Positions 26,525-34,644 of a stretch of DNA of 64,000 nucleotides are shown here, in pieces. The notes below the pieces were generated by a model. That model made no database searches. It saw nothing but the letters and a program-made list of their open reading frames with translations, and had not been told where the DNA came from. Positions within the stretch are counted from its first letter, which is position 1, and each line of letters opens with the position of its first letter. A program made the translations under genes and the position numbers. The DNA is from a virus. The stretch lies in IMG/VR virus record IMGVR_UViG_2645727704_000002, positions 25,773 to 89,772 of that record, one strand, 5' to 3'.

Positions 26525-28012
26525 TCAAGCTGAGCGTTCGAGTTGTTGTTGGAGGCGTTGACCGATCCAGCGGACGACGGGTACGGCCTTGCTGTTGCCG
26601 ATAGCCTTGTAGCGCGGACCGTCAGGGCAGAGGCCTGCTACTCGTCCGCGATAGGGAATCAGCGTGTAGTAGTCAGGGAAACCTTGCAGGCGCTCGCACT
26701 CGCGCGGTGTGAGGCGGCGCACCTGCGAGCCAGAGTGAACCGCTTGCACTTCTGCTCTGGCCTCGAGCGTGTAGGCATGATCAAGCTGCACCCCGATTCC
26801 ATCCGGCCCGCTGTTTGGATTCTCGCGCAGCGCTCCGGCCTGGATTGCGTGCGGCAGGCAAACAGCTATCTGCCCGCCTGCGTTGGGATGGCTCGCGCCG
26901 TGGCCCATGGCGCGAAGAGTGGGCGCCAGTTCTCCGGCGTCGGCGCAGTGGTCCTTGCAGCTGAAGGCAATGCAGGGGAGGCCCTGGCCAGGCTTGCCGC
27001 CACCTGTTGAAAGCGTGCCCACTACTTGGCCATCACCGCCCTCCAAGCGGACCTCGCTACGGCTGTTCTCGGCGAATGCGAGCACTGCATTCTCCTGGCC
27101 GCTGTTCCTCCCGAGTGCGAATGCCTGGTCGGTAAGGATGCAAGGGTCTTGCGTGCCGTGCACGACGAAAGCCTCGCTCTCGAAATCCATCCTGCCGCTG
27201 GCGCTTGCGCAAGCATTCCGTGCTGGCGCTATATCAATGGGACCAGCAGTGTTGTTCCCGCCGTACACCGCCAGCCGCCCATCTACTGCGTCGTTTTCGT
27301 CGACGCCTCCAGTGCTTGCTGTAACTGTTCCGGCAACGTCTTGCCCCTGGCCTCGGCGCGGCGGAGTATCCCGGCGCAGGCCTTCGCGCTCAAAAAGTAC
27401 TTCGAGTGGATCAAACCCTGCTCGAGCACTTGCGACAACGAACACACGGCGGCGTCGTTGGGCCAGGCCGAAATATTGGGCATCCAGAACCCGCCATGCG
27501 ACTGTTCGCCTGGGTCCATACACACAACCAGCGTCCTTCCATTTGCCCCCTGGCGGCTGGAGTTCTTCGGATTCGCCCACCAGGGCCCCGAGGAAGCAGC
27601 CGAACGCGTTACCTTTGTCGGAGAGGACGCCGGGGACATTTTCCCAGGTGCAGACGGCCTCGGCCTGGCCGTTGAGGGTTCGAACATGGTCAATTGCATC
27701 TAGCAGCTCCACGTATTTGATGGTGAGTGCACCTCGGGGATCGGCCAGGCCTTCGCGCATGCCGGCCACGCTGAAGGCTTGGCAGGGTGTGCCGCCGACC
27801 AAGACATCGGGCGCCTGGATCTTGCCGGACAGCACCATGGCTGCCAGCCGGGTCATGTCACCGTGGTTCGGCGTCTTCGGGTACCGATAGGCCAGCACCG
27901 CGCAGGGATACGGTTCGATCTCCGCATACCAGTCGGCGTGCCAGCCAAGCGGGTGCCACGCCACGGTCGCAGCCTCGATGCCGCTGCAGACACTTCCGTA
28001 TGTAAGATTCAT
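26525..28012 (-). CDS. DNA cytosine-5 methyltransferase
   Basis: Motif I SVCSGIEA, IV GGTPCQ, VI WENVPG, VIII QRRRRVF, C-terminal RRLTPRECERLQGFP. Confidence 0.92.
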   Translation of the reverse strand: MNLTYGSVCSGIEAATVAWHPLGWHADWYAEIEPYPCAVLAYRYPKTPNHGDMTRLAAMVLSGKIQAPDVLVGGTPCQAFSVAGMREGLADPRGALTIKYVELLDAIDHVRTLNGQAEAVCTWENVPGVLSDKGNAFGCFLGALVGESEELQPPGGKWKDAGCVYGPRRTVAWRVLDAQYFGLAQRRRRVFVVASARAGFDPLEVLFEREGLRRDTPPRRGQGQDVAGTVTASTGGVDENDAVDGRLAVYGGNNTAGPIDIAPARNACASASGRMDFESEAFVVHGTQDPCILTDQAFALGRNSGQENAVLAFAENSRSEVRLEGGDGQVVGTLSTGGGKPGQGLPCIAFSCKDHCADAGELAPTLRAMGHGASHPNAGGQIAVCLPHAIQAGALRENPNSGPDGIGVQLDHAYTLEARAEVQAVHSGSQVRRLTPRECERLQGFPDYYTLIPYRGRVAGLCPDGPRYKAIGNSKAVPVVRWIGQRLQQQLERSA

Positions 28013-28089
28013 GCTGGCCTCTTGATATGTAATGGGTCGTTGAATCATCATCGATGGCTAAAGAAAGACGACTAGCTAGGGATGTTTGA

Positions 28090-28962
28090 ATGAGCAAGCA
28101 AAAGGTGCAGGATGCTACCCTTGATTCGGTCAGCGGCCAGTCGAGCGGTAATACTAAGAGAGCATTTATAGTTACGCCCATAGGGGCGGACAATAGTGCT
28201 ACGCGACGTGCTGCTGACGGGCTTATTAATGCTGTACTTAGGCCGGCACTAGGCAAGTTGGGGTTCGAAACCTACGTTGCGCATGAGATAGCGAGTCCGG
28301 GATCAATCACTCGCCAGGTCGTAGAACATGTTTTATACGACGAATTAGTTGTAGCAAACCTAAGTGAGCTTAATCCAAACGTAATGTACGAGCTTGCCAT
28401 AAGGCACTGCGTGGGTTTGCCTATAGTTGTGCTTGCCGAAAATGGCACCAGGCTGCCTTTCGATATATCTGACGAAAGGACTGTTTTCTTTCAAAATGAT
28501 ATGACTGGTGTGGTTGATTTGATACCCAGACTTGAGACTGCTATTTCTGCAGCGATGGCGCTAGAGGAGCCAGATAACCCAGTATACCGTGTGACACAGA
28601 GTAGAGTCCTCCGAGAATCTACTGAGCCCGACGATGCACAGTCTTTTCTAATAAAGAAACTTGACTACATTGAGTCGTTCATTAGCGAAATAAAGTCTCG
28701 GGAAGCTCTTAATGATAGATCAAGGAATAGTGTTCCATATCGAACATGGGTGGAGATCACGGTTGACAAGTCATACTATAAGGCAATTTTGGATTGGGTT
28801 AACGCCATGCCTGGTGTTATTAAGGCTGTCTTCGAGGTAGGTGAAGGCACGAGAATTCTTAGGATTGACTCCTTAGAGCGTATTAGTGCGGAGAGTTTGG
28901 AGGCCATATCTGTAGCTTTCGGTGCTGATTTAGGTGTGGTGAAAAGATCTCGATACTCATGA
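28090..28962 (+). CDS. Moron: nucleoside 2-deoxyribosyltransferase-like / TIR-like domain plus small C-terminal alpha/beta domain
   Basis: AFIVTPIG...PGSIT.QV...DELVVANLSELNPNVMYELAIRH..LPFDI; AT-rich; opposite strand to flanking operon. Confidence 0.7.
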   Translation: MSKQKVQDATLDSVSGQSSGNTKRAFIVTPIGADNSATRRAADGLINAVLRPALGKLGFETYVAHEIASPGSITRQVVEHVLYDELVVANLSELNPNVMYELAIRHCVGLPIVVLAENGTRLPFDISDERTVFFQNDMTGVVDLIPRLETAISAAMALEEPDNPVYRVTQSRVLRESTEPDDAQSFLIKKLDYIESFISEIKSREALNDRSRNSVPYRTWVEITVDKSYYKAILDWVNAMPGVIKAVFEVGEGTRILRIDSLERISAESLEAISVAFGADLGVVKRSRYS

Positions 28963-29255
28963 GGATAGCCGGAGCCTGTTGACCTCAGTTGGACGATGAG
29001 TTAACAAAATGCACTGCGGCGCCAGTCAACATCCCAACCGTTACGATGGCAGTGAAGGCGGACAACAAAGTCCGCCAACGACTCAACAGTCATTGGTTAC
29101 ATTCTGACAGGCTGGCGGCTTCTGGATTTCTCAGTGCTCCTGCATGCGCACAGGCGCCGCCCTCGCCGGGGAGGCGTTATCGTTGAATAGGGGAAGGCGC
29201 TGGAGGGAAGCGCCGAGTGATACGCTTCTGCGTTTACCAAACAAGGAGAGTGGTA

Positions 29256-29453
29256 ATGGGATGGAAGAGAAAGCTGGTAGCGTTGAGGCAGAAGTTCACC
29301 CGCCGGCAGCGCCTGGTTGTGGGTGGCGCCGCTTTTGTGGTCGCCCAGGTAGGCTCTTTCTCGTACCCGAGCCATTACTGGCTGTACCTGCTGATCTTCG
29401 GGATCATCGTCTTCACCAGCGCCTGGTCACCAGAAGTGCACCGGAAAGGCTGA
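29256..29453 (+). CDS. Small two-TM membrane protein (65 aa)
   Basis: TGATACGCT extended -10, RBS AAGGAGAG, two hydrophobic segments. Confidence 0.7.
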   Translation: MGWKRKLVALRQKFTRRQRLVVGGAAFVVAQVGSFSYPSHYWLYLLIFGIIVFTSAWSPEVHRKG

Positions 29454-29474
29454 CACGCTGGAGGGCAGTGCGAG

Positions 29475-29858
29475 TCAGGCCCGGCGAACCTTGAAGCCGA
29501 ACATGCACTCGATGTCGTGGTATTCGCAGCGCTCGTAGGCCTTGTACTTGGCCTGCGACGGCGTGCTGGCGAACACATCGACGATGGTTCGATTGGTGAT
29601 GTCCCACCAGTCCCAGCCAGCGACCAGCACCTGGTAGCGCTTAAGGGGCAGCTTCTCAACCATCTCGCCGTACTGCATTTCCCAGGTAGGGTGGTAGTTA
29701 CGGATGCGCTTCTTCGGGTCGCTGTCGAGGATGACTCCGATGTAGTGGCCGCGGTCGGCCATGATGACGCCGGGTGCGCCGTTGGCGATCACCCGGCGGC
29801 CTATTTCGGCCGGCACGTCGTAGTTGCGGCGTACGTGGTCGCAGTTGTAGTTGCTCAT
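29475..29858 (-). CDS. Hypothetical phage protein
   Basis: RBS GGAGAA inside repeat B leader. Confidence 0.7.
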   Translation of the reverse strand: MSNYNCDHVRRNYDVPAEIGRRVIANGAPGVIMADRGHYIGVILDSDPKKRIRNYHPTWEMQYGEMVEKLPLKRYQVLVAGWDWWDITNRTIVDVFASTPSQAKYKAYERCEYHDIECMFGFKVRRA

Positions 29859-29953
29859 GGCTTTCTCCATGCGTTCGGCGCCGCCCTCGCCAGGCAGGCG
29901 TTATCGTTGAATAGGGGTGATATGCTTCGACGCTTGCCAAAGGGAGAGCGACG

Positions 29954-30151
29954 ATGCATTTCGGTAGGAGGCTTCAGGCGTTCCGACTGTGGTTCAACCC
30001 GAAGCGCAGGCGGTGGGCTGGCTTGACGCTGATCGCCATGGCGGTGGCCGCTATGTTTCTCAATCCGGGAAGCCGGTGGGGCTTATTGCTTGGAGCGGGC
30101 ATCTACTGGTTTGTCACGTCATTGCCGCCATTTATCGGCGGTAGGCGTTGA
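29954..30151 (+). CDS. Small two-TM membrane protein (65 aa), paralogue of 29256-29453
   Basis: TGATATGCT extended -10, RBS GGGAGAG, same hydrophobicity pattern. Confidence 0.7.
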   Translation: MHFGRRLQAFRLWFNPKRRRWAGLTLIAMAVAAMFLNPGSRWGLLLGAGIYWFVTSLPPFIGGRR

Positions 30152-30173
30152 GGCGCTGGAGGGCAGCGCGGGG

Positions 30174-30593
30174 TCAGACGGCTTTCGCGTCTTCGAACTT
30201 GACGATCAGCCGAGAGGTTTCTGGCTGGCCCTCAACCTTTACTTCGAAGCAGGCCAGCGAGTAGGAGCTGAGACCGGTGATCAGGCCTTGCTTGATGCTG
30301 TCACCGATGGCGAACGGAGGTTGGGGGTTGCTCTCTTCAAACCAGGTCTTCACTGCCTTGCGCTCCGCCTCGTCCACCAGGTGGCCAAGTTCGTCGAGGG
30401 TGTCGATGTCGTCGCGCTGCATATCCCAACCAGCCCACTTCGCCAGCTCCATGCAGAGATCGAAGCCATCCATGTGGCGACTGTAGTGCTGCGCCACGGT
30501 CTCGGCGTCGGCCTCAAGCTTGTCGGCGATGGGCTTGCAGCATTCAAGGATCATTTCCCTGGTGGCAGTTGGACGCGGTGGAATGTGGTTCAT
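30174..30593 (-). CDS. Hypothetical phage protein
   Basis: Same CATGGAGAAAGCCATG leader as 29475-29858. Confidence 0.7.
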   Translation of the reverse strand: MNHIPPRPTATREMILECCKPIADKLEADAETVAQHYSRHMDGFDLCMELAKWAGWDMQRDDIDTLDELGHLVDEAERKAVKTWFEESNPQPPFAIGDSIKQGLITGLSSYSLACFEVKVEGQPETSRLIVKFEDAKAV

Positions 30594-30762
30594 GGCTTTC
30601 TCCATGCAGGCGCCGCCCTCGCCGGGCAGGCGTTATCGTTGAAGATCGGAAGGCGCTGGTGAAGTCATGCTGTGGATAACCGATGAACCGCAGCATGTTG
30701 TATCGGTGAAGTTCGGAGGCTCAGTAGCTTGGGGGACACCAAACACTCCCAGGAGAATCGAG

Positions 30763-30969
30763 ATGAAGCGAATTCAGATTGTCGTCTTGCTTGCGATGCA
30801 GCTCTCATGTATCTGGTGCAACTTGGCGCCAACGATCATGCCGGTAATGTGTTCGCGCCGAGGTGCCGTTGCCGACACCCCGACTACAGTTCACTTCGAG
30901 TCGAAGCTACCCAGCACCAGCTTGGCCGCGTTGCCTACCTTACTCTCCAGCACCTGCTTGAACTCCTGA
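30763..30969 (+). CDS. Possible small hydrophobic, Cys-containing protein
   Basis: RBS CAGGAG; MKRIQIVVLLAMQLSCIWC; 3' end overlaps the DUF2303 gene on the other strand. Confidence 0.35.
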   Translation: MKRIQIVVLLAMQLSCIWCNLAPTIMPVMCSRRGAVADTPTTVHFESKLPSTSLAALPTLLSSTCLNS

Positions 30970-31706
30970 GCGATCGCCTCGCGCTGCGCTTCTTCGCCCA
31001 GCCAGCGCAGCTTCAGCACCGGTTGCGATCCGCTGGTGATGACGGACACGCGCAAGCGGATGACTTGCTCGCTCAGGCCTTCGAACGGGATGACTTTAAA
31101 GTCGAGCCAGGCTGGCAGGGTTTCCTTGCTGCTGGCCTCGATCGAGTCCATGGCGCTGCGGCTGGCGCGTGTCTCGCTGACGGCGTGATCGCTCTCGGAC
31201 GACGCTTTGACGGTGATGGTGCGTACGGCGGCGATGGCCTTGGCGATCGACATTCCGGCGCCGTTTTCGTCAGTGGCGGTCAGGTGCTGGTGCCAGTCTT
31301 CGATCCAGTCGCTCATGGCCTTCTGCGCAAGGGCCTGGCCACACACAGCCTGGACAGCCGCGAATGCAGCGGAAGCCTTCAGGCGCAGCACAGCACGGTC
31401 ATCAGCGTGGCCAGGATGGTTTGGCGTGCCCAGGTTGAACAGCACCACACAGCTCATGACGTCCTGATCGATGAAGCCGCGGGCGTCTGGCGCTGCGCGC
31501 TCGACCACATAGGCGCCGAAGTCGGCCAGTGAGTGCGTGGAGTAGGTGCCCCGGAAACGATTACGGCCTTCTTGGTATCGCTCCAGATCAACCACGTTGA
31601 AATGCTGCGGTACTACAACAACCGGACCCAGGGCGGGCAGGTCGCGCCCGGCGGCGGCAATCGTCGTTTCTTGGATGAGCTCGAGCGCTTCTTTGGTGAG
31701 GGACAT
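30891..31706 (-). CDS. DUF2303 / YfdQ-family protein
   Basis: DLERYQEGRNRFRG, PGHADDRAVL, DWIEDW, IPFEGL motifs. Confidence 0.8.
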   Translation of the reverse strand: MSLTKEALELIQETTIAAAGRDLPALGPVVVVPQHFNVVDLERYQEGRNRFRGTYSTHSLADFGAYVVERAAPDARGFIDQDVMSCVVLFNLGTPNHPGHADDRAVLRLKASAAFAAVQAVCGQALAQKAMSDWIEDWHQHLTATDENGAGMSIAKAIAAVRTITVKASSESDHAVSETRASRSAMDSIEASSKETLPAWLDFKVIPFEGLSEQVIRLRVSVITSGSQPVLKLRWLGEEAQREAIAQEFKQVLESKVGNAAKLVLGSFDSK

Positions 31707-31736
31707 GCGGTGGTTCCTTGTGCGGATGGAATGGTG

Positions 31737-32084
31737 TTACTTGCGGGGATGGACCGGCGCTTCGTCGCGGGTGAAGAGCTGGTCGTGCTTTTCGGGGAAC
31801 AGCGAGATGTTGCCGCCGGTGCCTACGTACATCGGGGTGTCGAGGCAGGTATTTTCGCTGCGGTCCCCGCGCTTGGTCGGCACCTTGTAGGCGAGCTTGT
31901 GCTTGATCTTCACTTGGTGGGAATCGCCGATCTGGGTGAAGTCCAGGGTGATGGTGATCCTGCCGGCCTTGCCGTGATCGACCACGCCGGCGGCTACTTC
32001 CGAGAGGGCGTGGCCGATCTGGCTGGCGAAGGCGCCGCCGTTGAGCTCTTGCAGGAACTCGGTTGTGTCGGTGGGCTTGGACAT
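31737..32084 (-). CDS. YfdP-like protein (partner of DUF2303)
   Basis: FLQELNGGAF...VAAGVVDHGKAGRITITL...TPMYV. Confidence 0.7.
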   Translation of the reverse strand: MSKPTDTTEFLQELNGGAFASQIGHALSEVAAGVVDHGKAGRITITLDFTQIGDSHQVKIKHKLAYKVPTKRGDRSENTCLDTPMYVGTGGNISLFPEKHDQLFTRDEAPVHPRK

Positions 32085-32172
32085 TGCTGCGTCTCCTGAT
32101 GGACGATGCCGCTGGGCGGCAAGTTGATGTGCTGCTGGCGCCGGCCGTGCCGGGCGCGGTTGTGGATTCGTT

Positions 32173-32631
32173 TCACGCTGCCTTCTGCTGATTCCAGGCG
32201 CCGACCATCGCAAAGATCTTGGCGGCCTCTGCTTCGTCGAGCGTTGTGTCGGTAGGGATGGCGATCCAGCCGGATGCCACTAGGTGATTCGGGTTGGCCG
32301 TGGACCGCAGGTCGGTGTAAGTCGCCTCGATCACGTCGGTCAGGTGCTCGGCGCGATAGCTGCCCTGCGGTACTACCTCGATCGACTTGTGGTACCGCTC
32401 GCCGAACTCATTCCGGCAAAGAACGCTGAGGTAGATGGTCCAGCTATGGGGGATATCGCACACCGCGTCGACGATCTGGCGAATGCAGATCTGCTTGAGG
32501 TTGCTGCGGTTGATGAGCACCTGCTGCCCGCTGGGATCGATGTTCACCACCGCTGCATGATTGGCCGAGACCAGCGCCCGGCTGGTTCGCTCCAGGCGTG
32601 CCCGCATGTTATGCGGCTTGCGCTTGCTCAT
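32173..32631 (-). CDS. Hypothetical phage protein
   Basis: 152-aa ORF coupled to neighbours. Confidence 0.7.
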   Translation of the reverse strand: MSKRKPHNMRARLERTSRALVSANHAAVVNIDPSGQQVLINRSNLKQICIRQIVDAVCDIPHSWTIYLSVLCRNEFGERYHKSIEVVPQGSYRAEHLTDVIEATYTDLRSTANPNHLVASGWIAIPTDTTLDEAEAAKIFAMVGAWNQQKAA

Positions 32632-32888
32632 TGCGTCAGGCACTTGGTGGCGGCCCCAGCTTCCATGGCCGAGGCGAAGACCATCGCGGCTCGGTAGCTG
32701 AACGCGAAGCCTTGCACTGCATCAGTGGTCAGGTCGACCACATCCCAGGCCTGGCCGTGGCCGAACACCTGGTAGCGAGGCGCGCCGATCTTGGCGCGGG
32801 TCTCGGCCCGCAGCGTACGACTGCGCTCGAGCAGGGCTTCGAGCACGGCCAGCTTCTCCCGGAAAGCAGGATGCATGATGGTTTGCAT
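32628..32888 (-). CDS. Hypothetical phage protein
   Basis: 86-aa ORF with RBS GAGGA. Confidence 0.65.
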   Translation of the reverse strand: MQTIMHPAFREKLAVLEALLERSRTLRAETRAKIGAPRYQVFGHGQAWDVVDLTTDAVQGFAFSYRAAMVFASAMEAGAATKCLTQ

Positions 32889-32905
32889 GGGTGATCCTCG
32901 AAGGG

Positions 32906-33289
32906 TCAGGCGTGGTGCTCGAAGGCCTCGGCCTTGCGAACGATTCGAAGTTGAGCAGTGCGGCGTTCAGGCACGCGCCGGTCGCGGCGCATCGGGTCGC
33001 CATCGTTGAGCGCGGCCTGCGCGGTGAGCAGGCAGATGAAGAACACGCAGAGCGGGCTGATGATCTGGCGGCTCATGGCCTTGGTGACGGCCTCGATGCG
33101 GCGCCCGACTTCGAGCTTGTAGAGCACCGTCTCGATACGGTTTGCCGCAGTGCCTGGGCTGATGCCCATGCGCCGGGCGATTTCTTTGGTGGTGAGGCCC
33201 TGGGCGACCCACAGCAGGGCCTCCAGTTCGCGTGGCGCCAGCAGCTTGCCGAGCTGGCCTGTCCATGTACCGCAGGTGATCTTTTCCAT
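32906..33289 (-). CDS. LuxR-type HTH protein
   Basis: LAPRELEALLWVAQGLTTKEIARRMGISPGTA...YKLEV. Confidence 0.85.
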   Translation of the reverse strand: MEKITCGTWTGQLGKLLAPRELEALLWVAQGLTTKEIARRMGISPGTAANRIETVLYKLEVGRRIEAVTKAMSRQIISPLCVFFICLLTAQAALNDGDPMRRDRRVPERRTAQLRIVRKAEAFEHHA

Positions 33290-33303
33290 GAAGTATCTCG
33301 GGG

Positions 33304-33506
33304 GACCGCATTGGTCAGGCGCCAGGCGCGGGTGACCAGACCCACCGTGAAAGGTGGCCTGGCGCCTGCCAATGCAGTCTGGAGTTAGTGGGGAGGGTGA
33401 TGCAGAGGGCCGCATCGGTGGAGCAACTGGCTTCATAGCTCGACCGGCTTCGCCATGGGCATGAGCGGCCGGGTGGTCCTCGACCAGTTGGTCCACCGAT
33501 GCGGCC
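33304..33506. ncRNA. Two large intergenic stem structures (33304-33379, 33408-33506); identity unknown
   Basis: 12+7 bp stem enclosing two small hairpins; perfect 15-bp plus 7-bp stem. Confidence 0.4.
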
Positions 33507-33564
33507 TGCGATGGGTGAGCAGGGCATCGGGCAGTTAACGACAGGCTGTCGTGGCGCTGGTTGT

Positions 33565-33876
33565 TCAAATAATCGCGGTCAGGGTCTTTGAGCCATCGGC
33601 GTTCAAAGTGGTGAGGTGCACCACTGGAGCGCTGTGCGAGCGATGTCCTTGGCGAATGATTTGATTTGCCCGGGTGAACCGCTCGTTGAACTTGCCTTCA
33701 CCGTCGGGCAGATGAGTAGTGCAGGTGAGCGACGAGCAGTCCTCGCCGTTCGGGCCTTCGCCGTCGTGAGCGATATCGAAGCTGGCTTGCATTGCTATGC
33801 CCTTTTCCCTGCAGATGGTGATGACCTGCTGCATCAGCGGGCTGATCTGCTCGTCGTAAATCTCTTCTTTGTTCAC
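33565..33876 (-). CDS. Hypothetical phage protein
   Basis: MNKEEIYDEQISPLMQQVITICREKGI; RBS GGAG. Confidence 0.7.
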   Translation of the reverse strand: MNKEEIYDEQISPLMQQVITICREKGIAMQASFDIAHDGEGPNGEDCSSLTCTTHLPDGEGKFNERFTRANQIIRQGHRSHSAPVVHLTTLNADGSKTLTAII

Positions 33877-33939
33877 GGTGTCGTCTCCAGTGGATTCCCT
33901 CTGATGCGCCCCGCTTGAGGCGCACCAAGTAATCGTCTG

Positions 33940-34161
33940 TCAGGCAGCTCTAGCAAGTTGAGCCTGCGCCAGCAGCTCGGTGACAGCTTCGGCCGGCGTG
34001 CAGCCATCGGCGTAGAAATCATGCAGGTCGCTTTCTTCCTGCGAGCCTAGTGCGACCTGGTGGCCGAGCAGTCGGGATGCTTTGTCGATCCAGCGATAGT
34101 AGGTGCGCTCTTCAGCGTCCGCGCGGCATTCATCAGCCGCCATGATTGCCATGTTGAACAT
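33940..34161 (-). CDS. Hypothetical phage protein
   Basis: 73-aa ORF, RBS GGAGGG. Confidence 0.65.
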   Translation of the reverse strand: MFNMAIMAADECRADAEERTYYRWIDKASRLLGHQVALGSQEESDLHDFYADGCTPAEAVTELLAQAQLARAA

Positions 34162-34228
34162 CGCGTTGCCCTCCGGGCGGTTGATTTCCTGTCTGGCCCT
34201 GTCTCCAAGGCCAACCAGTGAAATCGGG

Positions 34229-34408
34229 TCAGGCTGCGGTCTCGGCCTGGGCCTTGATCCGTTCGTGAATCTCGCTGCGGTGCACAGGCACGTCGCCCGG
34301 CGCCTCGACGCCGATCCGCACCTGGCCGCACTTCGTCTGCAGCACCGTCACGCGGATGTTGTCGTTGATCACGATGGTTTCGCCTGCCTTGCGGGTCAGA
34401 ATGAGCAT
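34229..34408 (-). CDS. csrA: CsrA/RsmA-family RNA-binding protein, phage encoded
   Basis: [23 protein letters not shown]...[23 protein letters not shown]; RBS AAGGAG. Confidence 0.92.
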   Translation of the reverse strand: MLILTRKAGETIVINDNIRVTVLQTKCGQVRIGVEAPGDVPVHRSEIHERIKAQAETAA

Positions 34409-34467
34409 GGTCCTACTCCTTGGTTGGTTTCCCGTCTGGCCTTCGGTGGGAAGGCCAACCGGTGAAA

Positions 34468-34644
34468 TCAATCGAAGCCAGGCTTGGCGCCCAGGCGCAC
34501 ATCACGCTCACGCATCATTGCCTCGGCGTAGTCGAACGATTGCTTGGCGATCTCGTCCGGCGGGTTGCAGCCGGTACCGGAAAGCAGGCCGATCATTGCC
34601 GCGATGGCGATCGCTTCGGTGTCGTCGTATTCGTTTCGGGTCAT
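34468..34644 (-). CDS. Small hypothetical protein, first gene of pL operon
   Basis: 58 aa, RBS GGAG. Confidence 0.6.
   Translation of the reverse strand: MTRNEYDDTEAIAIAAMIGLLSGTGCNPPDEIAKQSFDYAEAMMRERDVRLGAKPGFD

Larger units (their letters stand above)
29153..30643. repeat. Three 35-bp repeats (B) and three short hairpins (A)
   Basis: GGCGCCGCCCTCGCC(G/A)GG(G/C)AGGCGTTATCGTTGAA at 29153, 29877, 30609; GCGCTGGAGGG(A/C)AG(C/T)GC-type hairpins at 29196, 29456, 30153. Confidence 0.9.

Noticed and set aside
28963-29150. Small minus-strand membrane ORF (LLSRWRTLLSAFTAIVTVGML...) behind repeat B1, and a retron-like msr/msd next to the NDT gene
   Set aside because: The frame has an in-frame TGA and no good start, so it is at most a decayed gene; no reverse transcriptase is present in the window.
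29153-30643. CRISPR array or integron attC cassettes
   Set aside because: Spacing is about 700 bp with whole genes between; no cas genes, no GTTRRRY/RYYYAAC core pairs and no IntI-type integrase seen.
31994-32176. 60-aa minus ORF MKRIHNRARHGRRQQ...
   Set aside because: Could be real but overlaps the next gene by about 90 bp; not supportable without homology data.
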